60,932 nt of DNA from Neolecta irregularis DAH-3. Taxonomy: Eukaryota. Positions within the stretch are counted from its first letter, which is position 1, and each line of letters begins with the position of its first letter. Below are positions 11,021 through 23,300 of this stretch, in pieces. The translations under genes were made by a program, and so were the position numbers. The stretch covers positions 1-60,932 of the forward strand of contig LXFE01000491.1 in assembly GCA_001929475.1 (NCBI GenBank). Direction: 5' to 3'. Under the pieces are notes generated by a model that was given only the letters and a program-made list of their open reading frames with translations, did no database searches and was not told where the DNA came from.

Positions 11021-12621
11021 ATGACCATGATTATAGCAACTACTATGGCTGCAGACACAGATACCTATTCATACTCAAAAGCCTACCCAGATTCGTACGC
11101 ATACACAGATACGGACTCAAACATAGATACAGACACATGCAGCTCCCCGATTGCTCCTTCTACAAACTCTCTACTACATTCATCCCCACTCAAGCACCGA
11201 TTATTCCAGGACACCACTAACCATTCGTCCCACTGCCTTTCATCGCCAGACCATTCACCCTTCAAGAAACACAAACACCAACATATCGCTTCAGGCCGCC
11301 TGCCACCACGCAGGCCGTTGCCCAGTACCTTACTGGGAGACTCGTTCGCCAGAAGCCTCGGCATTCGTGGACATAAGTTTTCTTCTATCCGTAACGCTGC
11401 CGCCACAAGCTCGCTGCTTTCTTATACCTCTCGTCCCATTGATCTAGATTTTGTTTCCGGTCCCGACCATGCCGTTAGCATTCCCTTTGCGATTGCATTT
11501 ACTACATGTATGCCTGCCTGCATTTTTCATACTGATCGGTAAGCTCATCCAATTTTTGCTGTAGCCAACGAGCTTGGCTCCGTAGCCTTTCTTGATGCGG
11601 CATGCACCCACGGGATTGGCCTCGAGTCTTCCATCAAGACCATTGATTGCCACAGGAATGCAGTCTTTGACATGGATTTTTCTTCAGATGATTACTATCT
11701 CGCAACGGCTTCTGGAGATCAGTGCAGCCGCGTGTTCGACGTCGTTACCGAGGAAATGGTCTTTCAGCTGACTGGACATGCTGGTAGCGTCAAGGAAGTC
11801 GCCTTCAACAACTTGGATTCAAGTATCCTGCGCCTCGATCTTACCGCTGATGCAAGATATTCTGGCAACCTGTGCTCGCGATGGAAATATCCATTTATAC
11901 GATCTTCGGTGCACGCCTGTAACAAATATATACCAAAAGCCAACGAATACCATCGTCCATGCTCATGACATCCCAAATTCTTCCATCACCTCAATCTCCT
12001 GGCTCTCCAATTCGACAACTTGCTTATACTCGTCTTGCTCGTCAAATTCGTTCGTGTTCAAAGACGAGGCCTTACTAATATCACAGAATGGTCAAAGAAT
12101 GGGACACAAGAATGATTCCTTCCTGTGCAGGTCTCCGAAGGCGAAAGACCATTCCAGTGATGGAGTCGGGTCCCTCCAACCAAACCCGAGAATATGGAAC
12201 TACAAGCCTCAACGTGTCGCGCGATAGTTCAAGAATATATGCGCTCAGCAAAGATAGTAGTGTTCATGTATATTCGCCTCGGAATTTATCCAATGGCCCT
12301 ATCGAACGTCTCTGCCATCCAAACCTTGAGATCTCTACATTCTTCGCCAAGAGTGCAGTCTCGCAAGATGGAAAATCTGTTGCTGTCGGAAATGGCACAG
12401 GCGCCCCTGTTGTTTTTGACGTTGATACAGGAGTTGGAGTTGCCTTGTCAAGGGGGCATTCAGAAGCAGTTACCGGCATCTCGTTTGGAATTGGCGGAAT
12501 GATTGCAAGTATCAGCGACGATTCCACTGTCAGAGTATGGAAACCTGAGGGAGAAGACATTCTAGATGGGCGAAAAGAAAAAGAGTGGGGATGGGGATAT
12601 GGGGTATTGAAATTAAATTAA
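11021..12621 (+). CDS. cdt2: WD40 CRL4 substrate receptor Cdt2/DTL (4 exons)
   Basis: PFAIAF, AVANELGSVAFLD, HRNAVFDMDFS...LATASGDQ, GHAGSVKEV, LATCARDGNIHLYDLR and ASISDDSTVRVW. Start codon uncertain. Confidence 0.88.
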
Positions 12622-12778
12622 TGAGCAAAGCCTTTTTGTTTGGGATAACAGGGAGGTAGTAAAATAGATGGTAACGGAAATGTCACAAAAATAGTCATGG
12701 CAAAAAAGAGATGTGCAAGTGAGCTGTTGGGCCTTTATACGACGAAACCCAATACCTACATGGTCGCCCTCCACAAAT

Positions 12779-13261
12779 CTATTCCTCCTTCCGAAGTCTA
12801 GCAGCGGCATTGGTAACCTTGACATTCAGTGCTCGAGCCTTTTCAACGATATCGATCCTCTTCTTTGAACTAATATTGTGCGCAATTTCCTAAACTTTAA
12901 CCACTACCGCCACAATGCCGAGGGTCATACAGCCGCAAAAGTTCGGTTATGCATAAGCAGAAGCTCTATATCCTGGACATTTCGGACGAGAAAGACTTTG
13001 TGACCAGATGGCATCATATGGCGGGTTCTTTTGTTTGAGCCGCAGCCGATGGTAGGCATAGCAGCTTGTCCCTTGAAGCGTCTTCGGACTCTGTTATCAA
13101 TACCCTTGGGTTTTCTCCATGCCGACTATGCAAGAATAAGCAGACTGGCAAGATGCGATTAAACAATCTACCTTGACACATTTAAATCTGTCGCTTTGAT
13201 GTCTGTTGAATTTCTTGGTTCGTTTCTTGACGATAGGTATGTGTGGTTTTGCCGCTGCCAT
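12779..13261 (-). CDS. RPL32: 60S ribosomal protein eL32 (3 coding exons plus a 5'UTR intron)
   Basis: [34 protein letters not shown] and [27 protein letters not shown]. Not in the ORF track. Confidence 0.97.
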
Positions 13262-13571
13262 CTGGAAATCCCGTTAGATTCATGGAATGAAGAGTCCAGT
13301 GGTGACTGGAATACCTTTGTGTGTTGGATGTCTGACGGTCAAAGTTGTTCAACGAAAAGCAGTCACGAAAGGCTCTACCAAAAATCGGCTAGTCACCTGA
13401 CTATATACTGTTTATATACTGGTAAGGAGGACTACGATATATAGACATGTAGTACAAGAAAAGCGCACAAAACTGTATTCTCAAGAAAGGCGGATTCCAA
13501 AACATTGAGGAGAAAAATATTTATCCTATCAGAAACTATACTATAGCTTTTTCTCTATATACTGGGAAAAT

Positions 13572-15105
13572 TCACGAACGTCCCGCATTAGATTTCGCTT
13601 TTTTGGTCGAAACCTCTGCCCATCCATCTTCAGTCTCTTTTTCGACTTGAGCGGTTGTTGTCTCAGTGGTATCGTTCATCGATTGTTCCTGGTCTCCAGT
13701 CTTGCTTTTCACGATGGGTTTTGGAATTTTACCAGGCGCATCATGTCTACGCCAGCTCTTAGGTTCTGCGCGTTTAAGCACTTCTTTTGGTTCTTTAGCG
13801 AGTTCGGCAGAAGCCTTTTCTTTTTCCCGTTGTTCCCGGGCTAGCGCTGCGGCCTCTTGTTCTCTCTGTTTATGCTCGAGTTTCTCCTCAATCTTCTTGA
13901 TAGCAGAATCGGAATCGATAGGCTTAGCACTTCCAAAAGGGCTCGCCTTGGATGACTTTGAGGCTTCTGGGACGGTTGGCGGTGTAGCTGTGCCCGAAGA
14001 TCGTGGTTTGAGTGAAAGGGGCTTGCGTTCTGTTTGTGTACTGGTCGTGCCTGGTGCTTCTAAAGCCTGAGTTTGTATATTAAATGACTTGAACCTACCT
14101 TGAACAGGCCGAGACGATCTCCATGCACCAGCGTCGGCTCGAGTGGGTTCATCCAGACGTTCACCCCGAGAAATAAAATCGCTGCCTTCGCGAGATCGCG
14201 AAGAATATGATTGTTCAGACCGTTCATGGCGTGATATAGCAGGCAATGGACCTTTTCTTTCCCAATTTCCACCCAGACCATCTCGCTCAGGAGCACTTTG
14301 GGAAGTTGATCGGCGATCAAAGCCCATTCGATCATTACGTGATGATTCAAGAGGCGGCAAGGGACCACTTCGTTTCCACTCGCCTAAAGTTCTGTCTTCT
14401 CCACTAAAACCGCCTTTTGCTAGTGTGTCAGGCGGTCCTCAAACAACTTTATACGGGGCTCTGCAACACTGACTCGCACAGTTCGGCCGGCAAGTTGAGA
14501 TCCATTCAATTCCAGAGCACTTTTCAGAGCATCCAACTCGGAAAACTCGACATATCCATATCCTTTGGGTCTGTCATCCTCTCGATCTCGAAGAATTCGA
14601 ACACTCGTAACTTTTTGACTTCCAAAATGTTGTGCAATATCGTCTTCCGAAACATCGTAAGAGAGATTACCGATGTGAGCAGTGAAGGGTGGCTCAGTTG
14701 GTAAAGGAACAATTCGGAAAGATCGCGAAGAATCATATTCATTGCGACCAGCACCTAAGAAAAGTCAACACTGACACCGAAAATCTAGAATACCCGATGT
14801 ATAGTCTGAACCGCTTCTACCAGCTCCAAAACCTTTAGTTTCTAAGCTACGATAAGAGAATTATCTTTATACCTCCAGATGCTGCAGAAATTAGCTCGAA
14901 ATTAGTTTGATGAGAGCGTACGTTGGGAAGGAAGGTCTTCCATTTCGTCTGCCCATGATCCAAGAGCTAGAATGTTTCAGTCCAGATATTCAAAAAGTAT
15001 TATACACTTGTCATGCAAAAATGTCCCAAGGGTCATTTTCTGCGCTTTCGTTTTCGGACCTACCAAAGCTGAGCGGGTGCTCTGAAAATATCTCGATATA
15101 CCCAT
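13572..15105 (-). CDS. TIF3: Translation initiation factor eIF4B (RRM)
   Basis: MGPKTKAQKMTLGTFL..., SWADEMEDLP, RRM PPFTAHIGNLSYDV...RPKGYGYVEF, WERKGPLP repeats, RKPLSLKPRS and SPFGSAKPID. Includes a 9-nt micro-exon at 14873-14881. Confidence 0.92.
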
Positions 15106-15272
15106 GATTATGATACTTTGGGCTTTGGTGGTTGACGCGAAATGGTAGCCTGATCAGCAAGATCGTATGTGGTTGGTTGGTTGTTGGTTTTGGAATTTCG
15201 GACCGATTTTCACGGCGCACATAGATCCGATTTTCTGGTGCTTGTGTCTCAAACCCTGATAAATTCCACATC

Positions 15273-15929
15273 ATGTCTTGTTCTATTCCGAGGATGAACG
15301 AACAGCATTCGGCATTGTTAGCGTCTGCGAAAAGTGCCGGAATTTGTGGTATATGTGGATCTGCGCTCGGTGCAATTCTCGCCTATCGAACGGGCCAAAC
15401 AGTCGCAGCAAATGCAACTGCAGCCGGACTCAACTTGGGGATCGCGGGAGGCTCTATTGTGGGTGTGGTGTCTACTGGTTGAAATATCTGATCCGCATTA
15501 CAGGTATCAGGGCAATTGTACTCAACAAAATATTTCCAGAAAGCAACGGCGCAGACTGGAATGCATTTGGAGCAACAACGGCGGTGGGTGGTGCTGTAGG
15601 AGCGACGTTATACCGGACGTACAGTATGACCTTTTTCTCTTAGTTCAATTGGAGCTGATATGGTTGATGGTCCGAAGGGATTATTACCAGGACTAATCGG
15701 TTTTGCTATTCTAAGCGGATTAGCACAGTTGGGTTATGCAGCTCTGCGTTCAAAGCCCGAATCATCTGGCGCTGTCAAACTTCCTAGCGCTTGGTTTCCC
15801 GTACAGCGAATTACACCAGAACAACATAAACTCTATCTTATTTCAAAGATCAACAAGATCGACGAAGAAATACAAAGCATAGACGACGAATTATTGTCAT
15901 TGGAGAAACAGTCGACAGAACCACCGTAA
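15273..15929 (+). CDS. Small Gly/Ala-rich membrane protein, Tim17/Tim22-like, with C-terminal coiled coil (3 exons)
   Basis: GxxxG-rich TM segments, GPKGLLPGLIGFAILSGLAQLGY, and tail WFPVQRITPEQHKLYL..KINKIDEEI. Acceptor of intron 2 is ambiguous. Confidence 0.65.
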
Positions 15930-17374
15930 AAGTGCTCTGTCAGCTTTATACCCAGGATTATCATCTATCAATCATGAGAGCCAGTTAATTTGTGCAATTA
16001 TCTCTCAAGATATTGATAGCCATCTCGGGTTTAGCAACGGTCCATGCATCCCCGAATGGTTTGCAATTGGTTGTAATACCCTTTTTCTAGGTTTGTGTAG
16101 GTTTGTCTTGGAATGAGGTTTTAGTCTGGTTCATTTCATTAGAGCAAGGTTTAATCTGTCTCTCTCCTGGATTCAACTCTTTGGAAATTTAATGAAAAGT
16201 TTGCCCTCTTGATTCGAAAGATCATAGGCCTTAGTCTTCTTTTTTACATCCTGGTTGCTGTTTGGGCTGACGATATTCATCTAATACCTCAGTTATAATC
16301 TTCATGTTTTCTCTATTGCTACCTATCTGCAGTACCTCGCTTCAGTATTAGCCAATCCATCATATTGGTCTCTACCAGCTATTTCGTGAAAAATGAAGTC
16401 ATTAGAACTCCCTTGTTTATCGATTGATTGTTGGTCAGTTTTATTAACAGCAGGCAACTCTTAATCAATGTTGATAGAGAGAGAATTCTAATCCGTTCAC
16501 ACTTCTATATCTCCAGTCAAAGGCCTTGCCTTCAACTCTCTCAACACTCAACAAACTGATGATCAGCTTTTCTAGCACTAGTAATGCATGAACATTACGC
16601 CTAAAATATACCTTTCAGAGACATGGCATCCGCTAGCCAAGCTTGACTAATTTCCAATTTGCCGACAATTAGTAATTGCTTCACCTTGTCCTTCTTATAA
16701 TATACTTACATTCAATACAAACGAGGTTTACCTTTACGTACTTTACTTCTGACCAGCTCACTAAGAATCCACGAGAAGAACTAAATTTGGAACTTTAAGG
16801 GGGTCTGGGACTCGGAGGTCGCCTGAACGGTCAATGTAGCACAAGTGATGTGAACAAAGTGGTTTCCGGAATGTAATGTGTCACGGTATTTCATATCCAA
16901 CCTCGGCATTATTCACACAATCTATTAAAACCTCAGGCTCTATAATGCCCTAGTTTTTTTTATTAGTGTTGTTATCATTTGTGAACAAGAGTACGGAATC
17001 GCCGGAATAGGGAAAAGTTTCTAGAGAAAGAAAGTGCATATTTTGTCCGAGATTCGTTGTCATTGATTAAGAAGTTATGCTGCTAATAAAAAGTTCTGAA
17101 TATCCTTATTGTTTACCATTCTAGTGCCAAGCAGATGAGGGCTGGAATGTTCAATCGTGATCTGATATTTTAGAGGTTCGGCACGACTTAGCTGAACTTC
17201 AAACGTCCGTTATTCATCTCGTTATCTTACAACCACTGTTCATCCTGCCTGGTATGAAGATACATAATTCCTTGATGAGCTGATATTTGGCCCAGGTGTC
17301 CATACTAGGGAAATGATTTGCTGAAGTAACCCGAGAGAATTCAGGAGTATCAAACACCCACATACTTTCGACAC

Positions 17375-20300
17375 ATGGCGCTTTGGTCGCTGACTTTGAG
17401 CCTTCTCGGGTTCTTATTCGTCTCCTTGTACACCGTATTTTTCCTCATCAACAAATTCACTGGAGTTTTTATCAGTCATTTTGGGTATCTGTCGCTGAAA
17501 GGGATTCATTATTCCGGCTATAAAGGAATTGTTGCGAGTGCACGACGCATTGGATTCAGAATTCATAGACCTACTATTGCAAGGCCGACCTGGCTCAGTC
17601 TAACAATATCAAAGGCAGACATCCGTGTAAACCCAGACACCATTCGAACAAGACCTTCAAACCCCTCAAATGACATAGAACCTTCGAATTCTCGTCTTCA
17701 AAAGGAAAAGATCAAGAGCTTTGTCGAGGGAAAAATATTCGGGTTTTCATATCTTAATTTATTCAAATGGATCGATATCGAAATAAGAAATTCGGTTATG
17801 AGGTTGGACGGCATTGGGGCAATAACTATAGGTAGCATTGGGTTGACATCTCGCATCAACAGGGTTCCTGGTGCAAAACTAGGCAGCGACGCTTCTTACT
17901 CTACAAATATCTCACATGAAGTCGAAAAGATCCTTGAAGTTGCGTTCAATGTCAGTAATTTTCTTCTCTCTTTCCAGAATGGTCCCACCTACGAAGTTTT
18001 CAATCACCTTCTGTTTACATTTTCTGGTATTCTTGAAAAGCAACATTTTTTCAGGAATACAAAAGTCGGTATCAAGTTTGGGAGTCTTGACCTAGTTTTG
18101 GATGACCTATTTGAATTCGGAATCTCGGTACAGCGTGCATTCAAGAGGTTACAGCCCCTTGATCAGCCGAAGAAAAATCACAAGGTAAAGCATCAGGTTG
18201 CTGTTAGGGGCTAAACATAAGCTTGATCAATTGCTCGAAATTCCGCTCCTCCAAGTGTTTGAAGAGGTTCAGGTTCACGTCAGTCATTTACGTATATCCA
18301 AGAGATTAATACTTGCACCGTCCACGACCCCAGTGAAATTCCATATTAACCTGAAAGATCTCGGGTTTGATCTCGAGCATCTTCATGAACCCCGTGCTTT
18401 GCACCAGTTACTATTCAGTTCAAATACTATTGCACATCAAGCCCTAATAACAGCAATATCCTGCACTATCGAAATGGAAATCACACAGCAAGAACAATCA
18501 ACTCAGCTCGTCAGTATCCCGATGATTACTATTGCTTTAAAGTCTACATTACTCTCTCGGTTGTTACTATCAGTTCCCATGGAAAATCCCAACCATAATG
18601 TCCTGATTGCGAATATCGTGGTTACTTCCCCAGCGGCGGTGATTCCCCTGCGCCACATACCTCTTTTTCTCGCATGCGCTCGAGCCGGGTCGAGTCGTGG
18701 TGAGGAGAATACCAATCAGTTACACTTCATTTCATTTCTGCCCAAGTTTACTTTGAGCTTTGCCGTCCACGAGCCAGCATTCAGAATTTCGATGCCGCAG
18801 CAGAAGGCAACTGAAACCCCTGATTTTGATCGAATTCTGATGTTAAACTGTAGCAATATGCTGTTCGAATCTCATGGGCGCCATACTACATCTGAAGGAT
18901 TCGATTATTGCTTACAATCCACTATTCGTTTCGCTACAAAGCGTATTGCTCTTTTGGACGCAGATGGAAGGGTGTTTGAAATTGGATCGTCTGAAAACAT
19001 ATATGTTAAGTCGATTATGGAATCTGTCAATACTCGAAGTTTATCTATGTCAGTCTTGATCGAGGGGTTTATTGTGGATATTTCCAAGCCAGAAATTCAA
19101 GAAGCAATTACTCGTATAACTACAGTAATTTATAAGAGTACCGAACGCACGGATCACTCAAAGCCAAGGGTGCATCATAGGAATATACTTGACGTAGTAC
19201 CATCTTTCATTGCCTCTTTCAAATTTGAAGGTCGTGATATCAGAGTTATCATTGCCGCACAAAATGGAGGGGCTGAATCAGAATCTCGAGGTCTCGCAAT
19301 TCAGCTCGAATCCTGGACAGCTAAATATTTCAACAAGCCACAGCCAATGAACGATGAACGAGTCATGAGTCCCTTCTCACCAGGACGAGATCGTGAGCAA
19401 ACATTATTGTCGCCGTCATTGTCAAATTATACTGTAAAACCTGTCGCAATGATGTCAATGAACGAACGGACAGATCTTCAAGCACTTGAAGATGAAAAGC
19501 TTCGAACTGCATCCTTATCTTTGAGCTGCTTCGAAATCATCGCTATTGAATCGGAAGATACATGGGATCGAGAGAACCCAATTGTCGCGGTTCCTTCAAT
19601 TGAAATTAGTGCTGCTGTAAAACGAGACCAGGATAGCGGCGTTTTCGAAGTGAAATCTCGTATCGACGAGGTCAAGGCGAACTACTCACTACTGAAGCTT
19701 TTCATTATCCTCAGCACTTTGCATCTGCTTCAGGAAACATTGTGGCGAGAGTCAAGCAATGTTTCAAAGAATCCCAACCTTGTGACGGCTTTACCTTCAA
19801 CTCTGATGCCAAAAGACATGGTCGATCTTGACTTGAAGATATTCTCAATTTGCTTGAAAGCAAAGTTACCTCAGGAACAAGCGATCTTACTTGATCTCCA
19901 TACTATAGAGTTGACCCGGTATCGATGGGGTGGTCCGGCGTTGAAAATCAAAGCCGCTCGCTTATTTGTTCCGAGCCCTAGTATTCCTAATACATGGGAT
20001 TGTTTATTGAGCATTCGCCAGCTACTTTTTGAACGCAAAGAAGCCATTCATTTTACCTCGTGGCCAGGTTCACTTGGCACAGAAGGGAATTTCTCGATCT
20101 TCGCCGATGCTATTCGCTTTCGTATACCTCACAAATTTATTCTATATCAGCTGGTCGACAGTATCAAGAATAATGTTAAATGTGCAAAGCAGTTGCATTA
20201 TAAAATTTCGACGGGGCGGGATGACGACATGATTCATCCTGAACCAGAAGACGCTCAAAGGATCCCTCGTCTTCGCCTGAAGGCGAGAACTATAGCTCTT

Positions 20301-23300
20301 GAATTAGATGGCGATCCTTTTGAGGCACGACTGGGATTGATTTGGCGAGTTGGCTTAGCGGAACAAAAGTCTAGGATGGCACGGGAAGCAGCTTTTGAGA
20401 TTAAATGTGCAAAACTCGAACAGGAAGCTACGGAGGGCCATATCGGACGATCCGAGTCTCGAGATGGAAGCTCCCGGCCGTCTTCTCGCCACAGCACTGG
20501 TCGTCGAAAGTCGATGCGATATGCGCCAGATCAAGTAAAAGAATTCACAGGAAGCGCGGTAATCAGTGTCAAAGAAGCCCGCAAAAAGCTCGATCGACAT
20601 AATGCCCAATCTTGGGTCAAAAGAATAATTGCTTCACGACAATTTGTCCAGGAACATGTTGCTGAATCGCGGCAATGTCGATGGAGCAAAAGCGACTTCT
20701 CGGCTACAATGGATACTCGCGAAGAATTCCTCCTTCCATTGCCATCTCGACCTCCACTGCTTCATGCAATATTCTCAAACGTTGACCTCCTCTTGGATCG
20801 ACCTTCTTTTCCTCTCCAACAGCTTCCAGATTTTCTTCACGAGGTGGGTAAAGGGATGCCCAAGTCGACCCAATACACGCTTCTTGTACCTATGAACATT
20901 CAATGGACAATGAGTGAAGCAATCATCCATCTTAGCGATTTCCCGCTTCCCTTCGTGCATGTTCCAAAAATACATCCTTCACAACCCTCTCGACTTGTCG
21001 CATGGTCGTTTAGTAGCGATCTTGTTATCGCTGAAGAGTACGGTGGCCCCGATGCAACTGAATTCACCGATATAATGATCATTCCCCCCAATATTGGACG
21101 CAGAAGCTCCCCAGCCTTTAGCGTAAAGGTTCCCCGAACTGTGCCCCCAGTAAAGACCTATGCTACAATGAGCGTTGATATCAATTCTTTTGATGCTACA
21201 CGGATCACATGGGGAACATCCCTGCAGCCATCTATCCAAGAAGTCATGCGGATAGTAGAATCCCTTTCAAAACCACCGGAGGAAGCGTCTCAAAAACTCG
21301 GATTTTGGGATAAGATCCGATTAGTACTTCATACTCAGATAAATCTAAGATGGAAGGGCGATGGTGATTTACAGCTGATATTGAAAGGTTTTAGGTCCCG
21401 ATTTATATGTATTGACTTGCTTGTAGGTTCTCGTAATCCTTATGAAGTTATGGGGCACGGAGCAGGTTTTGTGAAATGTTGGCGTGGAAATGTTTGCTGG
21501 AAGATAGCCTGCGATCCCGACAGTCGGAAACTCGTCGTAGTTGAGAGCGACCAATTCATCCTTGCAATCCCCGACCTCACACATTTTGTGGACTTCTCCC
21601 TCGAACGGCTTGGAGAAGACGATGTAACGTCACGGGATAGTGTGTCGAGCATGAGTGCGACAACAATCCACAAAGATTCTTTTTTAAAGATTATCATGAA
21701 ACTTGCCGGTCGCGTTCGGTGGACAGCAGGGCTTTATTTGGAACAAGAATCTGTTCATGGTGAAAGAACGACTGGAAACGTCAAGGATCAAGCTTTTAAA
21801 CCGCATTACGAAATTCACATCAAGAACCCTGAGTACTCTGCACGATATCCTGTAGGTCTGGTTATCAACACATTCTAATGATAGGATCACGATGCCTATT
21901 TCGGATTTCGAAGTCATTATCTCCATGCCCACCTGGCTATCGAATGTCCAGTCGAGGAGGGTCTGCGAAATGAAGACTCAAGCAGCTACAATGCTGTTCA
22001 TCTGAGCCCGAAAACATTCTCACATTTCTCTGTCTGGTGGCAGCTGTTTTCGAGTGTCATGTCGATACCAATTCGCTCAGGAAAGCTATTTCCCGCCACT
22101 CCTGAGTCTAAGAAATTTGGCAATCATCTTATGACGGTTAAATTTTTGCTAGACCTTGCACCGTTATGGCTAAGTCATATGTACAAGCATAAAGATATGG
22201 AAGACTGGTCTCGCGGAACTGTTACAGCAACCGGAATCAAAGCTAAAGTTGACCGTTTCTATCTCGACCTACATCAACGCAAAGAAACACGCAAGATGAT
22301 CTTGCCCGAACTGAGCCATGTCCGTACCATTCAACACATGCAAACGAATGTAGGGAAGATCGAAATCGATACAATGGACCTTCGAGTTATTACTGCCGAG
22401 TTTGATGAAGCCAATGCCGACGATTTTCATCAATTCCAGCGCAAAAAGAAACATCGTGGTCAAAAGGATCAGCCCAATATGGGTGGCTCTTTCAAGCGTT
22501 CTCGCTTTGGGGTTCACGATGGCGACATGGACTGGATTGACATGAACGATTTCATTGAGCTAGATTGGGTGTTACCTCAAAAGGATCCAAAATGTACCGT
22601 TCTACCATTTGCACTTGCTCCAAAGTTCACATTTGATCGGCAAACGGATCATAAAGCACATGCAAGACCGGGTAAACTGTACACATCGAGAAGTCAGTTT
22701 GGGGATGAGCCATCCCATTTCTGTCTCATGGGCAAACACCAAGGTAATCCACGCTCCGGTTGAAATATTGATCAAAATAGATTTACGCGAGGTTCAACGG
22801 GATGTGATTCAAACACGCCTGCTCGAAATCAAGGACCAAATCTCCAAGAATATTGAAGTCTTGAATTTACTGGAAACCCGTATTGCGTCTGAAAGCGATA
22901 ACAGCGATCTTCGTAAACAAGTTGGTGCTTTAAAATTATCAATGTTCTAAAATCCTTAGTCAGAGATTACCGCAGATGAAAGCGCGATTCTGTTCGACAA
23001 GCGTACTTTTCTCGAAAAGCTTTTGAGAACTGCTACTTGGCCCGATAAAGAGCAACGAATACGTCTTGAACATCTTGTCCACGGGCTTCATAACGCATCG
23101 CCATCTCAAGATAAATTTGGTTTTGCTGAAGACGTTGATGAATTCAGCAATCGCTTTGGAATACACAACATACAGCTGAAATGGAACAACAAATTGCGAA
23201 ATACCGTTCTTAGATACGCACACCAAGTCAACAAACGGCGAGGCCATATGTACTACATGTCTCAGAAAGCGGTTTCATTCATCGAAGGCCTTGTTAGAGA

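Noticed and set aside
11045-11140. ACAGAT/ACTC-rich repeats at the cdt2 5' end
   Set aside because: Ordinary low-complexity sequence encoding a D/T/Y/S-rich disordered N-terminus.
17272-17324. Box C/D snoRNA-like TGATGA...CTGA
   Set aside because: Too short, no terminal stem and no rRNA guide that I could recognise.
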